Position numbers and translations under genes: made by a program
Shown here: piece by piece, positions 1 to 8,040 of the stretch
How the letters are laid out: each line of letters starts with the position of its first letter
How positions within the stretch are numbered: the first letter of the stretch is position 1
DNA from: a virus
Length of the DNA stretch: 31,021 bases
Virus record (IMG/VR): IMGVR_UViG_3300045595_000033
Strand: one strand, 5' to 3'
Notes under the pieces: model-generated
Databases searched by the model: none
Told to the model about the DNA's origin: nothing
The model's input: the letters and a program-made list of their open reading frames with translations, nothing else

Positions 1-127
1 GATGGCTTTTATTAGCCGTCTCTATATTAACACAAAAAGGAGACTATGAAAATGGCATCAACAACAATTACAAGGAAACAACAGGTTCAAGTTCAACTTG
101 CGATACTTGACAGAATCAAGTATTTAT
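1..127. repeat. Terminal direct repeat, copy 1 (identical to 30895-31021)
   Basis: gatggcttttattagccgtc...caagtatttat read at both window ends, 127/127 identical by eye. Confidence 0.9.
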
Positions 128-276
128 CAGATCTCGCAAAAAGTAATGAAGAAATGGGAGCTGATCAAGATGCTTCTGAAGATAACGAAAATGTAGAAGT
201 TCTGAAAGATGCTTATAAAAAATCTATTCAGTTTGATGAATGGAAGGCACTGCCATGGCCAAAAAGAGAAGATTGA
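46..276 (+). CDS. Hypothetical early protein
   Basis: ORF with AAAGGAG RBS 6 nt upstream of the ATG. No recognisable motif. Confidence 0.6.
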   Translation: MKMASTTITRKQQVQVQLAILDRIKYLSDLAKSNEEMGADQDASEDNENVEVLKDAYKKSIQFDEWKALPWPKRED

Positions 277-449
277 GGCCAGTATTCGCGGTTACTCTGG
301 ATGTGATCATTGCAACAGTCATGGCATGCGGAATGCTATATATTTTCGCACAAGCAGTTTTACAGGAATCCTATCGCAACTATCCGCCAACACAGGAAGA
401 GGTTGCCAATGATCCAAACTTAAAAATCTATATGGAGGAGAACAAATGA
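255..449 (+). CDS. Small membrane protein (one predicted TM helix)
   Basis: Internal ATG of the 240..449 ORF gives MAKKRRLRP followed by the hydrophobic stretch VFAVTLDVIIATVMACGMLYIF. Start choice is uncertain. Confidence 0.45.
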   Translation: MAKKRRLRPVFAVTLDVIIATVMACGMLYIFAQAVLQESYRNYPPTQEEVANDPNLKIYMEENK

Positions 450-823
450 AAATAGCAATTGTACTAATTTTAATATCACTGATCATTATCGCTTGCGTAC
501 TTGTAGTGATAATCCAGCAGATGAACAAAACAATTCGAGAAATAAGAAAAGTTCGTTTCGATCTTAGATTAACAATCTCAGATGTAAGCAATAATCATAG
601 CCAAATAGAAAGCATTCTGAAAATCGTGGATAGTCTCAACAAGATATCGGATTCTCAGCAAAAGATGATCGATCTTTCTCAAAAACAAGTTCAGCAGATG
701 CAGAAAGAAGTGAATAAATTTTCAAAAATGGCTATCATGGCCAACAATCATGCTGCATTTGTTAATACTGAATGGATCAAGATAAAAAACAGAACATTGG
801 AGGTTAAACATGCCAAACAATGA
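446..823 (+). CDS. N-terminally membrane-anchored coiled-coil protein
   Basis: Hydrophobic N-terminus IAIVLILISLIIIACVLVVII, then a heptad-like polar region. ATGA overlap with the upstream ORF. Confidence 0.55.
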   Translation: MKIAIVLILISLIIIACVLVVIIQQMNKTIREIRKVRFDLRLTISDVSNNHSQIESILKIVDSLNKISDSQQKMIDLSQKQVQQMQKEVNKFSKMAIMANNHAAFVNTEWIKIKNRTLEVKHAKQ

Positions 824-1106
824 AGACAATGCATTCAATCCATCATTCAGCCAGAATCTTCAGAAAGAAGTTTCTATGAATGCTGCCATTGATGATGTAA
901 GCAATGCTGTAGATGATACAGATGATCAGCTTGATGAAATCAACTGTTCAGATGCATCCATGGAAGAAATGGATGCTCATATCGTTCAATTATTTGGCGA
1001 AGCATTAAAGCAAATGTCTTTAGCAGAACTTCATTTTGCTATGGAGACTTACGGAGATAGCTTGTATGTCTTGATAGAACAGGAGATGCAAAACCGCAAT
1101 GAGTAA
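810..1106 (+). CDS. Acidic hypothetical protein
   Basis: ORF in the co-directional operon, very D/E-rich. No motif recognised. Confidence 0.5.
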   Translation: MPNNEDNAFNPSFSQNLQKEVSMNAAIDDVSNAVDDTDDQLDEINCSDASMEEMDAHIVQLFGEALKQMSLAELHFAMETYGDSLYVLIEQEMQNRNE

Positions 1107-1332
1107 ACGCTGCCCGTTATGTAAAAACGGATCTATGAGATTTGAAACAGACTTCGAGCACAAACGCGATAAATACCACATCATATATGCCCGTTGCCCG
1201 CTATGCGGAGCAAGGACAGCTTCATATCCTTCTATGGTAACAGCAGAATCAGCGTGGGATGAGGGAAAGGTAACAAGCGGTGATTTATACCAGGCGAGCA
1301 TTTTCGAGCCTGTGGAGGCTAATAATGGCTAG
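1099..1332 (+). CDS. Zinc-ribbon protein, Lar-like (restriction alleviation family-like)
   Basis: Two CPLC pairs (CPLCKNG ... ARCPLCGA) followed by ...AESAWDEG, resembling the Lar-family layout from memory. Confidence 0.4.
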   Translation: MSKRCPLCKNGSMRFETDFEHKRDKYHIIYARCPLCGARTASYPSMVTAESAWDEGKVTSGDLYQASIFEPVEANNG

Positions 1333-1489
1333 AAAGACCATTGATAAAGATATTGACCGTGAAGAAGTTATTGGCAAATGTGCAGATCAGATTATTGCAT
1401 TGGCCAGAAGAAACAAGCTCACGGTAGATGAATTGGCAAAAGTTATGCGTAGGACACGTAAAGCAGACGTTACAAATGCAAAAGTATAG
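1325..1489 (+). CDS. Small hypothetical protein
   Basis: In-frame ATG at 1325 of the 1280..1489 ORF, overlapping the upstream stop. Start uncertain. Confidence 0.4.
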   Translation: MARKTIDKDIDREEVIGKCADQIIALARRNKLTVDELAKVMRRTRKADVTNAKV

Positions 1490-1558
1490 AAAAAGAAAGG
1501 TATGTTCTGGACAAACGGCCCTTCGGTTGATTTATTGTCCTACGCGAAAGGAGGGCCA

Positions 1559-2437
1559 ATGGCAAGCAATCGGAACGGATTCATAGCTATAGATAGAAAA
1601 TTGCTTGAATGGCAATGGTTCTCTGATCAGAGCGTTCTGAAAGTTTGGATCCTGTGCTTATTGCGGGCAAACTGGAAGGATGGAATGTTCAAGGGAATTC
1701 TGGTTCCCAGGGGATCATTTATAACATCTGTTAGGCATTTGAGTGAAGATGCCAATCTTTCTCCAATGACAATTAGACGTTGTCTAAAATGCCTAGAATC
1801 GACTGGAGAAATAACACACCAATCAACACATGATTACACAATCATAAATGTTGTTAAATACAAGCAATATCAGAATTTTATTTCAGACAGTAACACACGT
1901 AACAACAAGCAACCTAGCACGCCACCTAGCACGCCACCTAGACACAATAGAATAAATAAACAAAGTAACAATAAAAGATTAGATGATGATAGGGATTTTT
2001 ATTTGAATCTCTACCATGTCGGTTTTGAAGAGGACCCATCCGTAGACGAATTAAGTAAACTGGAAGAGATGGTCTCGAAGAATGGATATGCAAACGTGCT
2101 ATCAGCGTTGAAACAATCTAGGAAGTTTCATGGAGAAGGGATTGCATATACCATCAGCATCATGAAGAACCGCAAAGGCAAAGCAAAACCATTTGATCCA
2201 GACAGAGATATCAGCAAAGTTATTGACATTATTTCAATAGAAGCTGATCAGCAAGGACCGGATCAGAAAAACGAATTGCAAGCCGCAGCTGAAGACTCAA
2301 AAAAATATTATACAGATTACGAAATGCTGATGGCACTTAGAAGCTGTGAGGTTTACAACGCGTTTGATGCCGAATCGTTTTGTAAGGAAATAAGAAGCCA
2401 ATTTCTAGAGCGAAAGGATGAATCATTCTATGGTTGA
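1559..2437 (+). CDS. Phage replication initiation / replisome-organiser protein (N-terminal winged-helix domain)
   Basis: IAIDRKLLEWQWF...VWILCLLRANW...RGSFITSVRHLSEDANLSPMTIRRCLKCLE is typical of phage replication-protein N-terminal wHTH domains. ATG 1559 has an AAAGGAGGG RBS; the alternative start is 1502. Confidence 0.6.
   Translation: MASNRNGFIAIDRKLLEWQWFSDQSVLKVWILCLLRANWKDGMFKGILVPRGSFITSVRHLSEDANLSPMTIRRCLKCLESTGEITHQSTHDYTIINVVKYKQYQNFISDSNTRNNKQPSTPPSTPPRHNRINKQSNNKRLDDDRDFYLNLYHVGFEEDPSVDELSKLEEMVSKNGYANVLSALKQSRKFHGEGIAYTISIMKNRKGKAKPFDPDRDISKVIDIISIEADQQGPDQKNELQAAAEDSKKYYTDYEMLMALRSCEVYNAFDAESFCKEIRSQFLERKDESFYG
1912..1941 (+). repeat. 12-bp tandem repeat (acctagcacgcc x2.5) encoding the PSTPPSTPP linker inside the replication gene
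   Basis: Read directly: acctagcacgcc acctagcacgcc acctag. Confidence 0.8.
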
Positions 2438-2475
2438 GATTACTGTGATGGCTCTTATGGCTGCTTCTAGAGAGG

Positions 2476-2664
2476 ATGATCATGGAAGAAACAGAAGACC
2501 TTAAGGCAAGGATTCAATACCTAGAAAAGGTAATAAGTGGGCAGAATGAAGTAATTGATCAGCAATATCAGACAATCCTTCACCAATCACAAGAAATTAG
2601 GCTTATGGAAAAGGAGAGAGAGTATGCCAGACTACAAGGAAAAATTAAAGAGCAAGGATTCTAA
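2476..2664 (+). CDS. Small coiled-coil protein
   Basis: 62-aa ORF rich in E/Q/K heptads. It overlaps the next gene start by 41 nt. Confidence 0.4.
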   Translation: MIMEETEDLKARIQYLEKVISGQNEVIDQQYQTILHQSQEIRLMEKEREYARLQGKIKEQGF

Positions 2665-3013
2665 TGCGAGTGTTATCTGTGATCACCTTGCTGAATTGTG
2701 CAGCCAAGATGAATCATTTAGGAATGAAGTAGAATCCAGAGAAGATAGGAACGTTCCGGGAATGACGAAATATATCAAAGGCCTTGCCAAAAAGCAAGCG
2801 CAATCTGGAGTTGCAATGATCCAGGATCAAACAGTCTTCAATTGGGCTTTTGATTATTTCCATGATCAGAACATTAAAGTTGAATCTGTTGCGGATACTG
2901 GGGATGAAGAAACTGAAGAAATAGTTAAAAAAGAAAAGCCTGTTAAGAAGGCAAAGCAGGAAAAGAAAGATGAAATTCCAGGTGTTGAAAGGCTCCAGTT
3001 GTTTGACCTATGA
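2624..3013 (+). CDS. PcfK-like protein (family that includes the Cas9 inhibitor AcrIIA9)
   Basis: ATG 2624 follows an AAAGGAGAGAG RBS. The pattern ...ICDHLAELCSQDESF...MTKYIKGLAKKQAQSG...QDQTVFNWAFDYFHD matches my memory of PcfK-like proteins, and it sits immediately upstream of a PcfJ-like gene, the usual pairing. Confidence 0.5.
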   Translation: MPDYKEKLKSKDSNASVICDHLAELCSQDESFRNEVESREDRNVPGMTKYIKGLAKKQAQSGVAMIQDQTVFNWAFDYFHDQNIKVESVADTGDEETEEIVKKEKPVKKAKQEKKDEIPGVERLQLFDL

Positions 3014-4359
3014 AGCTAACTTCAGAGGAAAGAAGTTTGATGGCAAAAACAATCGTTGCCATAGACCCGAAAATATACGTGAAGCCGTTTCACGGAAAAT
3101 ATAAAAAATGTTTCTGCACTATGTGCCAGAAGACTTTCAAAATAACAGATGATCAGTTAAAGGAGATTCGCAATTCTCACATGTGCCCAATCTGCTGGAG
3201 AAGCATAGATAAAATTTGTGATCATGATTATAAGTATCTTGATTATATAAAACTTGATGACCATGAATACAGCAATGTAGAAAATGGATTTCAAATTTCA
3301 TTCGATTGGAATTTTGACCATCCAAAAAATTTAAGAATAAAATGGGTAGCAAAATGGGTATGGGGAAAGCCAAAAGAAACAAAGTACGGAACTGAGTACA
3401 ATGCCACTACATATGTTCGTGATATTGTCCTTGGAATGTATGCCCACAATATTTATCCGGCGTGGGATCCAACAGGGAAGTGGAGAATCTCAAAAAGTAG
3501 CAATTATTATTACAACATGCATAATGTTGTTAAATTTGATCAAGATCATTCATTGAAGACAAGAGATTACACAGTGTTCGATAATCCTAAAAAAACATAT
3601 CTTGAAGATACTCTTGGTGGTCTTAATATAAAGTCTTCACAGCTTGAAATAGCTAGAAAACATATCCTAAATCCATTGCAGCTACGAAGAATGTTGATGT
3701 TTGATCTTAACGATTACAAAGACGTTAAAAAGAGCAACTACAAATATGACAGTTATTGGTGGCAAAGATATGGTGAAGATTCCGGAATCGGAGAAGTAAA
3801 AGAGTGCATGGATTTTCATCTTAACAAATATGATCAACAGTATTTGCTTAAGAATGGTTTGTCTTTGAGTGATTTCTTGGATTATCTAAAGCAATGCAAG
3901 AAACTTGGAATAAAGAACAAGCATCCTAAGTGCTTCACAGAAGAACATGCAAAGCTTTCTGAAAAATGCAGAGAGATTGAAGTAATGGAACATAAAGAGA
4001 TGATGAAGAACTGTAAGAAAATCATCAACAGCATAGTGAAAGAGCTTCCGGAATATAAGAACGGAGATATGACAATCAGACCTGTGAAGAGTGCTGATGA
4101 ATTGAAGAAGAATGCTAAATATATGCATAATTGCATTTATGGATATTTAGATGAATATCTTGAAAGAAAATGCATTCTATACATAGTCCGAAAAAAAAGA
4201 AAGATTGTGGCAAACGTTGAGCTCCATGGTTCTAATATCATCCAGATAAGAGCGAGATTCAACGAAGATCCTTCAAAGGATATCAGCAAGGCTGTAGAGG
4301 AAATGGTAGTTAATAACAGAAGAGTATTAAACGAAGCAGCACTAAATAGGGAGGCTTGA
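3010..4359 (+). CDS. PcfJ-like protein
   Basis: C-terminal ...ELKKNAKYMHNCIYGYLDEYLERKCILYIVRKK...VELHGSNIIQIRARFNEDP resembles the PcfJ domain core (EG..M.HCV ... Q.RG..N). N-terminal CxxC...CPxC zinc-ribbon-like pairs. Confidence 0.6.
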   Translation: MKLTSEERSLMAKTIVAIDPKIYVKPFHGKYKKCFCTMCQKTFKITDDQLKEIRNSHMCPICWRSIDKICDHDYKYLDYIKLDDHEYSNVENGFQISFDWNFDHPKNLRIKWVAKWVWGKPKETKYGTEYNATTYVRDIVLGMYAHNIYPAWDPTGKWRISKSSNYYYNMHNVVKFDQDHSLKTRDYTVFDNPKKTYLEDTLGGLNIKSSQLEIARKHILNPLQLRRMLMFDLNDYKDVKKSNYKYDSYWWQRYGEDSGIGEVKECMDFHLNKYDQQYLLKNGLSLSDFLDYLKQCKKLGIKNKHPKCFTEEHAKLSEKCREIEVMEHKEMMKNCKKIINSIVKELPEYKNGDMTIRPVKSADELKKNAKYMHNCIYGYLDEYLERKCILYIVRKKRKIVANVELHGSNIIQIRARFNEDPSKDISKAVEEMVVNNRRVLNEAALNREA

Positions 4360-4360
4360 A

Positions 4361-4942
4361 ATGGTAATACACGTTCTTAAATTGCAGTTTCAATTCTGTG
4401 ATCTTGTAGAGAGTGGAGTGAAGAACTTTGAAATCAGAAAGATGGATAGAAATTTTCACACTGGAGATCTTATTAAATTCCATCCAATAGATCAAAGCGG
4501 TAATGATGTTATTCATTCAATCAGCAAAAAAATTTATCAAATTACGTTCATTCTTGAAGGATGGGGAATTGAAAAAGGATATGCTGCGTTGGCTATAAAA
4601 GAATGGAAACCTTCCATTCACCTTATGAACATTGGACATATTAAAAATCTGAATATGGACCTATTAAACAGATTGGTTAAAAATTCAATCCCTGAAAATG
4701 GTTGGTGTTCTGATTGCGTATTGTTTGATCTTAATGAAAACAGTGAAGAATGGGAATGCAAATGTGGGATGCTTAATACATATGATGATGGAAAAAATGC
4801 TTATACAGAATGTGCTGTAAGGGAGCATGCTTACAACATGGTAAAAGCGGTTGATTATATTGCATCAGAGCTGTTAAGGGAGAACGTTGATCATGGCAAT
4901 GACCAGGAAGAAAAAGAAACGCATAAGAATTCAGAAAAATAA
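4361..4942 (+). CDS. DUF3850 / ASCH-like (PUA-fold) domain protein with Cys-rich C-terminal extension
   Basis: N-terminus HVLKLQFQFCDLVESGVKNFEIRKMDRNFHTGDLIKFHP matches the DUF3850 signature (K..p.yF..v..G.K.fEiRkNDR.f..GD). Confidence 0.55.
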   Translation: MVIHVLKLQFQFCDLVESGVKNFEIRKMDRNFHTGDLIKFHPIDQSGNDVIHSISKKIYQITFILEGWGIEKGYAALAIKEWKPSIHLMNIGHIKNLNMDLLNRLVKNSIPENGWCSDCVLFDLNENSEEWECKCGMLNTYDDGKNAYTECAVREHAYNMVKAVDYIASELLRENVDHGNDQEEKETHKNSEK

Positions 4943-5153
4943 GATCAGGAGATATTGCCGGTGGAAAAAGATATCAGTTGAAGAATACTGGTTACGGAAA
5001 TCTGGCCTATATCATCTTGCAGAACAAGTATCTAAACTTGGAGTATCTTTTATGAAAATGGTATCTTCTATTTCAAAGATTGTGGGAAATTCATTTGTTG
5101 GTTACGGGAATTATTTATTAGGAGTAGGAGAAAGATTGGATGAAGAGAGTTGA
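4887..5153 (+). CDS. Hypothetical basic protein (weak call)
   Basis: Only ORF filling the 4943-5139 gap. Very basic N-terminus, no clear RBS. Overlaps the upstream gene. Confidence 0.3.
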   Translation: MIMAMTRKKKKRIRIQKNKIRRYCRWKKISVEEYWLRKSGLYHLAEQVSKLGVSFMKMVSSISKIVGNSFVGYGNYLLGVGERLDEES

Positions 5154-5373
5154 TCTAGAAAAATACTTGGGTAAGAGAGTGAATTTGATATTTTTTGATG
5201 ATCAATCAATTTCTGGAATATTGTGCAGCACATCAGACAAAAGGGTTTCAAAAGAAATGGAGAGGGAAAGACTAAAGAATTACTATTTTTTAGTTAAAGA
5301 AAACATTTATGAAAAAGGGAATCTTTACTTCAAATGTTCTCACGTTAAGAAGCTTTCAAAATTGGAGGGATAG
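5140..5373 (+). CDS. Hypothetical protein
   Basis: ORF with a GGAGAAAG-type RBS region. No motif recognised. Confidence 0.5.
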   Translation: MKRVDLEKYLGKRVNLIFFDDQSISGILCSTSDKRVSKEMERERLKNYYFLVKENIYEKGNLYFKCSHVKKLSKLEG

Positions 5374-5376
5374 AAT

Positions 5377-5571
5377 ATGAACGCTAAAAAATGTGACAGA
5401 TGCGGAAGATATTATGATGAAAATCAATTTTGTTTTGCTGGATCAATCAAATATCAACGTCCTGGCCATGTAACAGATGATTATGAATTATGCCCTGATT
5501 GCTGCCATAAGCTTCAAAGTTTCTTAAAGTTTAAGGATACAACAATTGCATTTCCGGCAGATTTGAAATGA
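5377..5571 (+). CDS. Small zinc-ribbon protein
   Basis: CDRCGRYY ... CPDCCHK four-Cys arrangement. GGAGGGATAGAATATG RBS. Confidence 0.55.
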   Translation: MNAKKCDRCGRYYDENQFCFAGSIKYQRPGHVTDDYELCPDCCHKLQSFLKFKDTTIAFPADLK

Positions 5572-6092
5572 TGAATATTCCGCAGCCAAATATTGAGTTT
5601 GTATCAAAAGAACGGTATGAAGCTTTGCAGAAAATGGACGAATACGAAGCAGATCTGCATGATAGGCTTGTAATTGCTGGTTATTGGCCATGGTGGAGAA
5701 GATTGCTACATCCTTACAAGCCAATAACAGTTGATCAATATGCAACGATAATTCCTCCACGCCAAAACATGGAAACAAAGCAAATGGAGAAAGAATTTGA
5801 AAACGGAAAAGGGGATGATACGCCAGAAAATGTAAAAATGCTGATTAAAGTTCCTTGGAACATGAGCGTAAATGATGTTAGAGATATGGTTTTTACGAAC
5901 TGCCATCCAGATATAGAAGTGCTTGCACGTTCTGTTATACGTGGTGATTACGGCAATGGAGAAGAGCGTAAGAACAAACTGGGAGTTTATTATTATGCAG
6001 TCCAGGCTAGGGTAAACGAAATAATGGATCAAGAAAATATTACAACATGGGATTCAGTGAAATCTGCCGATCCAGTAACACAAATAAGATAA
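5568..6092 (+). CDS. Stand-alone CW_7 (Cpl-7-type) cell-wall-binding repeat protein; paralog of the endolysin C-terminus
   Basis: PDIEVLARSVIRGDYGNGEERKNKLGVYYYAVQARVNEIM (nt 5913-6026) is near-identical in pattern to the three repeats of the endolysin at 26726-27130. No amidase motifs. Confidence 0.65.
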   Translation: MMNIPQPNIEFVSKERYEALQKMDEYEADLHDRLVIAGYWPWWRRLLHPYKPITVDQYATIIPPRQNMETKQMEKEFENGKGDDTPENVKMLIKVPWNMSVNDVRDMVFTNCHPDIEVLARSVIRGDYGNGEERKNKLGVYYYAVQARVNEIMDQENITTWDSVKSADPVTQIR

Positions 6093-6108
6093 GAAATGAG
6101 GAATAGTT

Positions 6109-6372
6109 ATGCAACAAGTTAAAAGATTGGTTGTCAACAGTGCATTAGCAATGCTAATAGAAAGCCATGAAGAAGATAGACACGTAATAGCACTTAGAGG
6201 ATTAGGAATGCCACATTTTGGAAGTGGCAAGCAACTTTATGATTGGCTCATGTCGGATTATAAAGAACAAACTTCTTGGAGTAATGAGGAGCTTGGAACA
6301 ATGAAGTCCTTTTTTGACCGTTATAAAAAATTCAGAAGTGAAGATGGTTATGTTGAAGTATCCAGAAAATGA
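6109..6372 (+). CDS. Hypothetical protein
   Basis: ORF with a GAGGAA RBS. No motif recognised. Confidence 0.5.
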   Translation: MQQVKRLVVNSALAMLIESHEEDRHVIALRGLGMPHFGSGKQLYDWLMSDYKEQTSWSNEELGTMKSFFDRYKKFRSEDGYVEVSRK

Positions 6373-6382
6373 AAGGGGTAGC

Positions 6383-7120
6383 ATGATGGCCAGATATGAA
6401 GGCTCAAGCAGATCAAAGAAAACAAAGGTAGTTCCAAAGGGAATGCCAAAGCGGATGGATAATCCGAATGACGATTACCAGCGGAAGACCTCAACGAAGA
6501 TGGGGAAGCAAACCATGTGGTACTTCGAGAAGGAAGACTTTGAGAAGATGCAGCGTGCATGCCTGGTCCATATGCAGAAAGCAAAGAAAGGATCCAACAA
6601 CGAATACCGTTGGGAACGGAACTACCTTCTGTTGATGGTTGGAGTGAATATGGGCTGTAGGACAACCACAATCCTTGAGATTACGCCAAGATCGTTCGCG
6701 GGTGGTAGATTCTACGTCAAGGAGCACAAGACCGGTAAAACGCAAAATTATGAGCTGAAACAGGCCATCTATAAACTGCTTGATGATTTCACAACAAAAT
6801 GGGGGTTCACTAAAGATGAATTCATCTTCCGCACAAGGATGGATTCGCAGAACAAGCCTTTGACCCGTGAGCAAGCCTGGCATGTTGTTAAAGGGCTGGC
6901 AGAAGAAGTTGGCATCAAATATAACGTGGGAGCTTACAGCCTCCGCAAATCGTTTGCCAGGTGGCTCTATGACGATACTCACGATATCTTCAAAGTAATG
7001 AGAGTGATGCAGCATTCGGATCCGATTGTAACAGCACGGTATATCTGTCTGGAAGAAGATGAGGTAATGAAGATCCGCGAAAATATCCTGTTTGGGTTCG
7101 ATAATTTCAAGAACATTTAA
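6383..7120 (+). CDS. Small tyrosine recombinase (second phage-integrase-family gene)
   Basis: Catalytic-domain pattern: ...GCRTTTILEI..., YSLRKSFARWLY (Arg), MQHSDPIVTARYI (His...Tyr). ATG 6383 follows a GAAAGGGG RBS. About 245 aa, so it lacks a long N-terminal arm-binding domain. Confidence 0.7.
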   Translation: MMARYEGSSRSKKTKVVPKGMPKRMDNPNDDYQRKTSTKMGKQTMWYFEKEDFEKMQRACLVHMQKAKKGSNNEYRWERNYLLLMVGVNMGCRTTTILEITPRSFAGGRFYVKEHKTGKTQNYELKQAIYKLLDDFTTKWGFTKDEFIFRTRMDSQNKPLTREQAWHVVKGLAEEVGIKYNVGAYSLRKSFARWLYDDTHDIFKVMRVMQHSDPIVTARYICLEEDEVMKIRENILFGFDNFKNI

Positions 7121-7271
7121 CGCATTTAGTTATGTTAAATAAATCTTTTAATAAGTAAAAAGAAATCCGCATGAATAGAGAACATATTAACAGGATTACG
7201 AAGTCAAAAAGATTTAACTTAACTGTAGTTCTGTTAAATGTTTGAAGAAAGAGAGAAAGGGAAAATGAACC

Positions 7272-7592
7272 ATGAATTTTGAACCAGAGATCCAGGAAAT
7301 AGAGCGTAGGCTAAAAGCTGATGGTAATACGACATGCACAGACGATATCATCAACGGATTAGGATTTTTAGAGTCAAAGCACTATGATATGAGCAAGCTT
7401 GATAGTTCATTAAGCTATAAAGAAAAGAAACGTATCATTGGAAGAGATTGCTTAATAAGGAAGCTCCGTGATGATGGATATATTGTATGGATCAGATTTG
7501 CAGGCAGTGATAACATCCCTGTTATTGAGCTGAATGAGATACTCAATACAAGTGATGCAGAAGCAAACAAGGTAAGAAAAACACATAATTGA
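7272..7592 (+). CDS. Hypothetical protein
   Basis: ORF after an AT-rich 150-bp gap, with a GAGAGAAAGGGAAAA RBS region. Confidence 0.5.
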   Translation: MNFEPEIQEIERRLKADGNTTCTDDIINGLGFLESKHYDMSKLDSSLSYKEKKRIIGRDCLIRKLRDDGYIVWIRFAGSDNIPVIELNEILNTSDAEANKVRKTHN

Positions 7593-7605
7593 GGGGATAG
7601 CTGGA

Positions 7606-8013
7606 ATGACTAAAGAAAAATTGGAATCCTATATCGGTTTAATGAGAGAAATAGCAGCATTACAATTGCAGATTAAAACGCTCTACAGGCCGATTAAGAG
7701 TCCAACGTCCAGCGAATCACATTCAACAACGCCGGGAGATCCAACCGCCAGAGCTGCTGATAGGATTATGGAGCTGAAGAGAAAGGTATCAGAAGAAGCG
7801 GATGAGCTGGCTGATCAGGCAAAAGAGATAGAAGACTGGCTGCATACCATCAAGGACCATGAGATCACAGCAATCATTAGAAACCACTACATCAATGGTA
7901 TGACATGGGCGGAAGTTGATGAGGCAATGTATGGCCAGGGTGATGGATCATTGAGCCGTAGGAAGTTCAAAAAGTTCATGAAAAGGCTTAACAACAAGAG
8001 TTCTCAGCATTAG
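7606..8013 (+). CDS. Late-gene transcriptional activator, RinA/ArpU/DUF1492-like (sigma-70 region-4-like HTH)
   Basis: Layout matches the DUF1492/RinA-type proteins encoded just upstream of terminase genes in Firmicute phages. It comprises an N-terminal coiled segment, TPGDPTARAADRIMELK, and C-terminal ITAIIRNHYINGMTWAEVDEAM (HTH). Confidence 0.55.
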   Translation: MTKEKLESYIGLMREIAALQLQIKTLYRPIKSPTSSESHSTTPGDPTARAADRIMELKRKVSEEADELADQAKEIEDWLHTIKDHEITAIIRNHYINGMTWAEVDEAMYGQGDGSLSRRKFKKFMKRLNNKSSQH

Positions 8014-8040
8014 TGAGGGCTCTTTTTATTATGCTTAGGG

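Noticed and set aside
1-127. The terminal repeat as genuine phage direct terminal repeats or an LTR-like element
   Set aside because: The length equals a typical assembler k-mer (127), and the repeat cuts arbitrarily through an ORF and RBS. Packaging genes (HNH + P27 TerS) suggest cos ends located elsewhere. This cannot be fully excluded without read data.
3137-4516. Minus-strand ORFs within the PcfJ-like gene and the DUF3850 gene start (3137..3382, 3882..4136, 3886..4128, 4310..4516)
   Set aside because: AT-rich shadow ORFs with Phe/Leu/Ile-rich translations, antisense to a 449-aa gene with a recognisable C-terminal domain.
6348-7015. 107-aa and 174-aa minus-strand ORFs opposite the small recombinase
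   Set aside because: These are shadow ORFs of a relatively GC-rich gene. The plus-strand frame carries the tyrosine recombinase catalytic motifs.
7121-7271. The AT-rich gap after the small recombinase as its recombination site or an invertible switch
   Set aside because: Only weak, imperfect repeats were seen (gttaaat at 7133 and 7235; catttag versus ttaaatg). No convincing inverted-repeat pair flanks a promoter-sized segment. Left as a place to look, not a claim.
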